64,000 nucleotides of DNA from Octopus vulgaris (taxonomy: Eukaryota). Position numbers and translations under genes: made by a program. Under the pieces are notes generated by a model that did no database searches, was not told the DNA's origin, and saw only the letters and a program-made list of their open reading frames with translations. This document shows, piece by piece, positions 55,764-64,000 of the stretch (its first letter is position 1; each line of letters starts with the position of its first letter). The stretch spans positions 100,130,001 to 100,194,000 of the forward strand of contig OX597819.1 of the NCBI GenBank assembly GCA_951406725.2, in the 5' to 3' direction.

Positions 55764-57051
55764 CAGGGGTTGGACAAAATAATGGAAACACTTAGCTTCA
55801 TAGCATCATAATTTTGTATTATCTATAAAACCGTCAAAAGCTTGTTAATTTTTATGTTTTTTTTTTATTATTAGTGTTGCTTAATATGTTTTGCTAACAC
55901 TTATGTTTCTTTTCAAATATCATAAGAAAAAGGTAATTAAAATTTATTAAAATAACAGATCTATCGGACTTTCAAAGAGATCAAATTGTTAGTGCTCGAA
56001 TGGCAGGTGCTAGCGTAGCGAAGACAGCCGAAATGTTTGGTGTATCTAGTAGTACTGTCCCGAAAGTAATTACAGCCTTTGAGAAAGAGGGAAAAACCTC
56101 CTGGTCGAAACAAAACTCTGGAAGAAAACCAAAGCTTTCAGATAGGGACCGTCGGACTCTTACGCGAATAGTTAGAAAAGATCTCAAAAGATCTCAAAAT
56201 TACTGCAGACCTTAATGACCACCTCGGGGTCCCAGTTTCCACCAAAATCTGTTCGCGGGGAGCTGCACAAAGCCGGATTTCACGGGAGGGCTGCAATCAG
56301 AAAACCACTACTTTCAAAAACAAACGTAGCAAAACGTTTAGAGTGGAGTAAAAACCTACAGAATTGGTCCCTAGAGCAGTGGAAGAATGTTATTTTCTCG
56401 GACGAGTCATCATTTACCTTATTTCCGACCACCGGCCGAGTATACGTATGGAGACAGCTAAAATAAACATTTGACCAAGACTGCCTTCTTCCAGCTGTTA
56501 AACATGGAGGAGGATCTTTGATGATCTGGTGGTGGTGGTGGTGGTGGTGGGGTATATAATTTGGAAATCCGCCGGCCCAAATGTTTCTCTTCATGGCAGA
56601 ATTAATAGTCAAGACAATTTAATCATTTTATCTGATCAAATTCATCCTATCCTTGTGGAACTGTTTCCGGAGTGAAACGCAACCTTTCAGGATTTTAATG
56701 CACCAACTCATACGGCCAAAGTGGTTACTGAATGGCACGAGGAACATTCTAGTGAAGTTGAACATCTTATCTAGTCACCGCAGTCCCCAGATCTCAATAG
56801 TATTGAACATTTATAGTGCATTTTAGAAAAACAAGTAAAGAGTTGATATCCTCCACCATCATCACTTCAAGAACTGGAGACTGTTTTAGCTCAAGAAGGG
56901 ACAAAATTCCTTTGGAAAGAATTCAAACTTTGTACGAGTCCATACCTCGTAGAATTCAAGGTGTAAATTTGTGCCAAAGGCGGTCCTACCCCATATGAAA
57001 ATAAATTTGTTTGGAATTTTAAGGTGTTTCCATTATTTTGTCCAGCCCCTG
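55764..57051 (+). mobile_element. Full-length Tc1-family DNA transposon with a decayed transposase
   Basis: 28 bp TIRs caggggttggacaaaataatggaaacac / gtgtttccattattttgtccagcccctg (1 mismatch) and TA duplication on both sides. Motifs GRKPKLS, RKPLLS, WKNVIFSDESSF, PQSPDLN, with stops and frameshifts. Confidence 0.95.
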
Positions 57052-57616
57052 TAGATGCTCGCTCGTTGATTCAATTTGACCATGAATGATTGTAGTGCTG
57101 TTTAAACCTATGTCAGGTTTCATCCACTCAGCTATAATAAAAGTTGATCACGTCGTGACCATCCAGACATAATTAAACTTGGATTAAATTACTTAATATA
57201 CATTGCGTAGTTCCTATTTATAAGTAGATAGTGTGATTTGAGGATGATTCTACTGCTACTTCTAGCAGATTGAGACATTCTTTGTTAGCTCCAAATCAAT
57301 AATCTTTCACTTGACTGGAGATAACCTCAGATTCAGTGCTGCTGACATTATGCTTTCCTCACTTCGAGGAAATACATGTATGTTGTGTGTTTTTCTCACA
57401 GTCCAATCTATTTCCTTGCTCCAACATTACTTAAAGGTGGCCAGAAAAGGTGAGGGTCACTTGCATTTGACTCGAATAGAGGTATCGTAAGTCAAAGTGC
57501 TGCATTGATGCCCCTTCACGCACAACAACAGCATATATAGACTAGCATTGAAACTCGAGACCTATGGGTAGCAACAAGGCCTTCTTAACTCTAACAATAT
57601 TCCTATGAAAATAACG

Positions 57617-58008
57617 CGGCGAGCTGGCAGAATCGTTAGCGCGCCGGGCGAAATGCTTAGCGGTATTTCGTCTGCCGCTACGTTCTGAGTTCAAATTCCG
57701 CCCAAGTCGACTTTGCCTTTCATCCTTTCGGGGTCGATAAATAAGTACCAGTTACGCACTGGAGTCGATATAATCGACTTAATCCGTTTGTCTGTCCTTG
57801 TTTGTCCTCTCTGTGTTTAGCCCCTTGTGGGTAGTATAGAAATAGGTATTTCGTATGTCTTTACGTTCTGAGTTCAAATTCCACCGAGGTCGACTTTGCC
57901 TTTCATCCTTTCGGATTCGATAAATTAAGTACCAGTTGCGTACTGAGGTCAATCCAATCGACTGCTCCTCCCCCAAAATTTCGGGCCTTTTGCCTGGAGT
58001 AGAAAAGT
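57617..58008 (+). mobile_element. SINE family B, dimeric copy
   Basis: Head-core-tail1 followed by core-tail2, as at 3572-4003. Confidence 0.88.
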
Positions 58009-61000
58009 ATATTTCTATACAAAATAATGTACAATTGCTTATAGTAAACTACTTTGAAAATGAGTAGCATAGTAGTTACTGCGTTGCATTCATGATCATA
58101 AGATTGTATTTTCGCTTCCCAGGTCGGGCAGAGTGCGTTATGTTCTCGAGCAAAACACGTAGGTGTAGTTCACTTAGCTATAAATTAGTTCTAGCAATAG
58201 CTAGAAAGTTAACTTCAGTGGGAGTATTGCAATCTTATTCATTAATATACTATGGAAATCTGGTTAAACTCCGGTGTTATGAGTGCTATGGCTCATGACA
58301 GACTTAAGTTTAGGTAAGGCATAGCAAACGTAAATTAATATATGGCCCATAGACCCGTGACCACCTGGTAATTGCCCAGTGCGTTCATACCTTAAGATGC
58401 CATTACTCGTGTACGATAATTATTCATTCTTCGCAGTTATCATTGGTGTGTTAAACCTTTATACATTATTTGAGATAAATGCTGTTATATATATACATTC
58501 AAATCTTTATATTTATATCTGAAATAGGTTAGTGTTGTTATTGTTGCTTTTAACCTCAAATCAGCACTTTAATCAAAGACAATCTAGCCATGACCTGCCT
58601 GTCCTTCGGAACCACATTAGCTCGTGTGACTCTTTCCTTTTTTTTTTTTTTGCTTTATTTTGAAGACGATGGAGAATGTTATATGAGGGTGCCTGGTTAT
58701 CATTTCTTGCAGTTTGACCGACTCCGAAGAGGCTCCGCTCTGGTTCCTTGCAAAAAAGAAGTTAGAAGCGATTATTATTAGTGGTTTTAAAACGGATGTG
58801 TCTTGCTATAATGATAGTAGTGCTAGTAGGGGTGGAGGATCCTAGTAGCGGTAGCTGTACTGGTGTGTTGTTGGCAGGGGTGGTGAGTGGATATTGGTGT
58901 TGGAGGTAGAATGTCAGGTGTTGCGTCTGTGAGATGGTTGTCGGTGCCGATGTTGTTGGTAGCTGCCGTGTTGGTTGCGACAGTGTTGACATTAAGACAT
59001 GAAACTGTTATTCTAAAACTAAGCAGGATTGATGAAGTGATCTCGTGATATTTACGGTATTCCAAAATATTAGAAACCTTCTAAAGATGTAGCTTTGTTT
59101 CGTGTTTTATTAGGCCGTATATTTATTTATAAATGAAAGAGGGGAGAATAAGAAGTTGTAAAGTTCTTGACTTTCCCGAGGGCATCAGTGGTGGTGTGAA
59201 GTGTCAGGAATGTGTATCAACCGACAATCAAACTGGGTCGTTGTGTTAGATGTAAATTTACGTCTGAACTGTCTATAAATATTGACTTCTTGTCCTTTCT
59301 CCACAATCCCATAGATAAATACATTTGCAAATTTCTGTTCTCTAGCAAAAAGAAAACAGCTTTACAATGTGTTAGAGATAGTAAAAGCTGTGCTAATATA
59401 CTTAACGTCATCATGTATAAATGATTAATGAATTAACGTATTAACCCGTCATGTGGAAAGAAAAGAAATTGTAGTCAAGGGGGACATGAGCGAAGTTTAA
59501 TTTAATAAAAATAACTAGAGATAAAATGAGATCATGAAGTAGCGAGTGAGTCTGAGTATCATGACAACTGTAGACGCGTTCCTATGTTATTAGACCTCCT
59601 CAGTAAACGTAGTCCTGTATATTCGCACGTTCCGACGACGGGGATATTCATAGGAAGTTTTCCTGTGTAAGCACTGATAGCGTGATAGTTTAAACGAATG
59701 ACTTGGAACATAAATTTTAAGAGACGCCTTCTGCATGGATGAACCATAACAAGGTGCATTTCGTCACTCATTACATATAAGTGTTTGTTCACTTAAACCT
59801 TTTCTTATAATCTATCATACATTTTAATGTTTGGAACCATTTTTAGTGCAATAGCAATTACATAAAATTGTCGCGTTTATTGACTTGTTACTTGAGTTAT
59901 TGGCTGGCTTGTTGATTGGTTAAAGAACTCGGTCGTGGGTTGTTTTATTCGTTGGTGCGTTGGTTGTATTAGTTTATTCTTATTGGTTTATTGGTTAAAT
60001 AGTTAGTTGTCCTACTGGTTAATTTGTTGATAGTCGTATTGCTTGTCCTGTTGATTGGCTTCTTGACTAGCTTGTCGATTATCGTATGTGTAGCTTGTAG
60101 AATTCCTTGGTTGGCTTGTTGATTGTCGTATGAGCATTGATGGCTTTGTTGAATGTTGTACTGGTTCATTATTGGCTAAATATTAGGTTCACTTGTTTTT
60201 GTATATTGACTTACTAACTTTACTATGACGCGTATTCTGATAACAAACACCTAAAATTAAAAAAAAAGAAATATGTATATTATACTTAAAGTAAATATAT
60301 TGTTGAAAGTTTAAAGTGTGATTTGCAGACTGCTATTTTGAACTAACACTACTTCCGTCGCTAATGCAGAAAAGAAAATACTAAACACTTGTAGTTTTTG
60401 CTACAACAAGGAACTCCCTACGTGGTTCCTTAACCTGCTGCGAGATATATCAGCTAATCTCACTTAAACGATAGTCTATCGTCTTAAACAAAGCGAAGGA
60501 TATATTAGATGATGTCTATCTTCGAATTTGAAAGAAAGACAGAGATGTCGGCCATGGTTGGCATAACTTAATAATATGTCTGTTAATTGGGGGTGAAGCA
60601 AGGGTGAAAAAAAGAACAACAACAGTAGTAGTAATAAAAGTAACAACAACAAAAGCAATAATAAATAATTTTAAAACTCCACAATCTTAAGTGCACATAT
60701 ACAATATTTATCGAGGTGAATTACCGCTGGCTCTATGACTACTAGTAACACCATTTTCTAATATTTTATTTCCGGCCAAGCCCTTCTCTGAAATTTTCCA
60801 GAACAGTAATGACGTCATGGTTAATCTAACATTAAAGAAAAACAAAAAGAATTAATAAAAAGGATGGTGGTGGTTTGGGCAAAATCTTCGGCACTAAATT
60901 TGTATTTCCCTTTTACTAAAAACAAAACTACTAATATCACTCCCCAACATGATCAACCCTAAAAAAATAATCTCGCACGACCAATACTACCATCAGCAGT

Positions 61001-61611
61001 ACAACCGACCACCACCACAGCAACAACAACAAAGCGAACACCACGAAGAACTACACCTACGCCGCCACACTATGCCGATTATATTTCTTCCTGCATTTAT
61101 CAACTATGTTTATTTTGCCTTCCCTTCGCCATTTTATTTCCAGTTTTTTTTTCTTTACCCCTAACACTTCATTTTATACATTTATATATTTCCACCATTT
61201 TCATTTCCCTTTTCCTTCTTTCCTTCTTTTCTTCTTTTACTTCTTCCTATCTTTCTTTCTTTCAATTTAATTTTACTTTTCTTCTTTTAATTTCTCTTCT
61301 TCCACCCCCTTCTTTCTTTTCTTTTTATTCCTATATCTGCCTCCTTTGTTCTTTGCTCCTCTGTTTTTTATTTATTTATTAGTTTTGTATTTCATTTTGC
61401 TCTATAGTCCTTCAGTACGCCCTCTTCTTTCTCTTCCTCCTTTTCTATCCTCCCCCACATCTTTCTGCTATTTTTCTTATCCACTCCACCCTTCTTTTTA
61501 TTCTTTCTTTCTTTCATTGTTTTCATTTCCATTCCGCCTTCATCTCTTTCTTCCTCAAAGTAACCAGATCCACCAACCTTCTGACATTTCTCTTTCTTAG
61601 AAAACCTACCA

Positions 61612-61885
61612 CAAACCACCACCACCGCCGCCGCCACCGCCGCCACCGCCACCGCTGCTATCGCCACCGCTGCCGCCCGCCCCCACCGCCTCCACCATCG
61701 CCGCCTCCACCTTCGCCGCCTCCACTGTCGCTGCCTCCACTGTCGCCACCTCCACCGCTGCCGCCTCTATCGCAGCTCACGCCACCAACACCACCACCAC
61801 TAACGGCGCAGCCGATATCGTCGCCGTCACCACCACCATCAACCTAGTAATTGCCATCCTCTTACAGCCTGAAGCACTCTACTAT

Positions 61886-61921
<36 letters not shown>

Positions 61922-62115
61922 CACTACTACCACTACTACCACAACAAAAATAATGATGATGTAGAAAAAGAAGAAAAGAAGGAAATGAAGATGATGGTGA
62001 TGATGATAATGATGATGATGATTACGACGTCGACGACGACGACGACTACGATGATGATGATTATGACGATGACGAAGACAACGATGATGATTATGATCAT
62101 GGTCATGATGACGAT
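61612..62115. repeat. (CCG/CCA)n, (CTA)n and (GAT/GAC)n low-complexity tract
   Basis: Seen directly. Confidence 0.9.
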
Positions 62116-62581
62116 GAAAAACAAGTCAAGACGCGGGAGAGGGGGTAGGATAGGAGAAGAGCAGGAGGATGATGACGGTAAGGGAGGAAAAGGAGGGGAA
62201 AATAAAGAACATAAAAGATCCTAGAAAGATTTCATAAACGAAGCACAAAGAAACATCACACCTAGGAACTGGCCATATTGTCCGTAAAATATCTAAACTA
62301 AAGAAAGAACAACTTATAACCACTCCTTTTAGAAAGTACGCACAAACAGACACACGCACATACAAAAACATACATATACGAATTTTTGTGATTCATATAT
62401 TATGTACTACAAAAATATAACGATCCGAAATTCTGGTGGGTAACAGTTCAAAACAATGACTACCCGATACCTTCGACCACCCTCTTTTCAGATTTTTTTT
62501 CTGTTTAAACTATACGCTGAACAAATGTGTTATATCTTATATCCGAATTAATTGTTCAGTTACTGCCCACCCAATGGATTT

Positions 62582-62926
62582 TTACTGTGGTCTGGGATGA
62601 TCGCACATGGAAGCTGAATATTTCGGTGAGCTACAGAACTGTTCAGTTTGGCTCACAGATGTTTTTAATGATATTTTTTTTTTAACTGAACAGTTTGAAA
62701 CTTCGTATACTGGGGGAACGTCTCGCGCAGAACACGGTTTACTTTGAACATTTTTGAGAAAATTTGATATTTTAGAAGTTATTTCTTGTTTAAGTTGTCG
62801 TATTTGGTTGGGTAACTTCAACAAATCAACGACGTGTATTCGGTTGAAGAAAGTTACTGCTGTTTGCGATAGTAATCGAAGAGGAACAACTTTCAAGTCA
62901 TCTCTCCCAAATGTTACCTCTCTGTT
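62582..62926 (-). other. Candidate coding exon with a SOCS-box-like segment
   Basis: Non-repetitive open frame of about 114 codons containing VVPLRLLSQTAV..IHVVDLLKLPNQIRQL. No clear splice acceptor. Confidence 0.25.
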
Positions 62927-63437
62927 CTAATCGTATGTCGAGCGAAGACGATGCCACTTTTATCCTTTCTAGTCAGCACCATGCATTCCTTACTCTTTCC
63001 ATCCCTTCTACACTTTCAAATAGCAACCAGCAAGCGAACTTGTCACTGCCACTATAATTACCGTATTTTCCGGTGTATAACCCACTATTTGATTTGCTTT
63101 ACCTTCATGTTTTGATGGGTTTTTTAAAAATATAATAAAGACTTTTAGATTTGTTTGTTGTTGATTATAGTAAGATAAAATCGTGATAGACAGACAGAAT
63201 GTAAAAGTAAAGCAATAAGGATATGCGCCTATATAACAATTGTATGTATTTTTCATCCATACTAGTAAGTACACCAGCCACCCACCTACCAACGATATCA
63301 GTGCTATTCTATACTAATATTACACTCAGTGTAGACCATATGAAAAATGTATATAAATATACACACACGCACACGCACATCTATATATGTATATATACAT
63401 ACATACTTAAATAAATACATACATACATACATATATG

Positions 63438-63523
<86 letters not shown>

Positions 63524-64000
63524 TTTTGAATATAACTTAGTGTTAAACACCGTTATCAACAAGCAGTTTACGTTAAGTTATTCGACAACGAGACCAGGAC
63601 TTGTACAAAGAACCCGATGTAATCTAAAGATATAAAATAACGATATATCCTAAAAATAACTGAAGATAAATGGAGATAGTTATAGTTCCCAAATTTATTT
63701 ATTTCCTTATCTAACTAAACATTTTTGGGTGCCTAAAAGTTATCAACACCAACTTCCACAATATCATCTGTCACTTTTCCTTTTCGAATACATTTATTTG
63801 AACTCGACCTTTATGCACATGCGCACTCCCCCCCCCAAAAAAAAAAAACATATATATATAAATATAATCGTAGATATATATAAATATAATCGTAGATATA
63901 TATTTAATTATATATATATACATATATCAAGATCGTGTTTTCGATTCCCATACCGTTTGTGCGTTGTGTTCTTGAGCAACACTCTTCATTTCATGTTGCT

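Overview
Eukaryotic, AT-rich and repeat-dominated DNA. The SINE families and the density of (TA)n/(TACA)n/(CA)n arrays suggest an octopus or other cephalopod genome (inference). No host gene can be called with confidence, and most of the supplied ORFs are microsatellite translations. Main contents: (1) two young Penelope-like retroelements (PLEs; 9294-12190 and 46042-51072), each forming a near-perfect kb-scale inverted repeat inside (TA)n and carrying minimal hammerhead-ribozyme motifs, plus a third PLE end with a decayed hammerhead; (2) a nearly full-length APE-RT LINE (36545-40469) whose 3' stem-loop is shared, with compensatory changes, by a tRNA-derived SINE family; (3) a 2.24 kb element with a single zinc-knuckle ORF (Tx1/L1 ORF1-like) inserted with a target-site duplication into the tRNA-like head of that SINE; (4) decayed RTE and R4/Dong-like LINEs, a full-length Tc1 element, mariner/Tc1 remnants, four unrelated foldback elements, a 28S rRNA fragment and many SINE copies. 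All alignments were done by eye, so boundaries of decayed elements are approximate.
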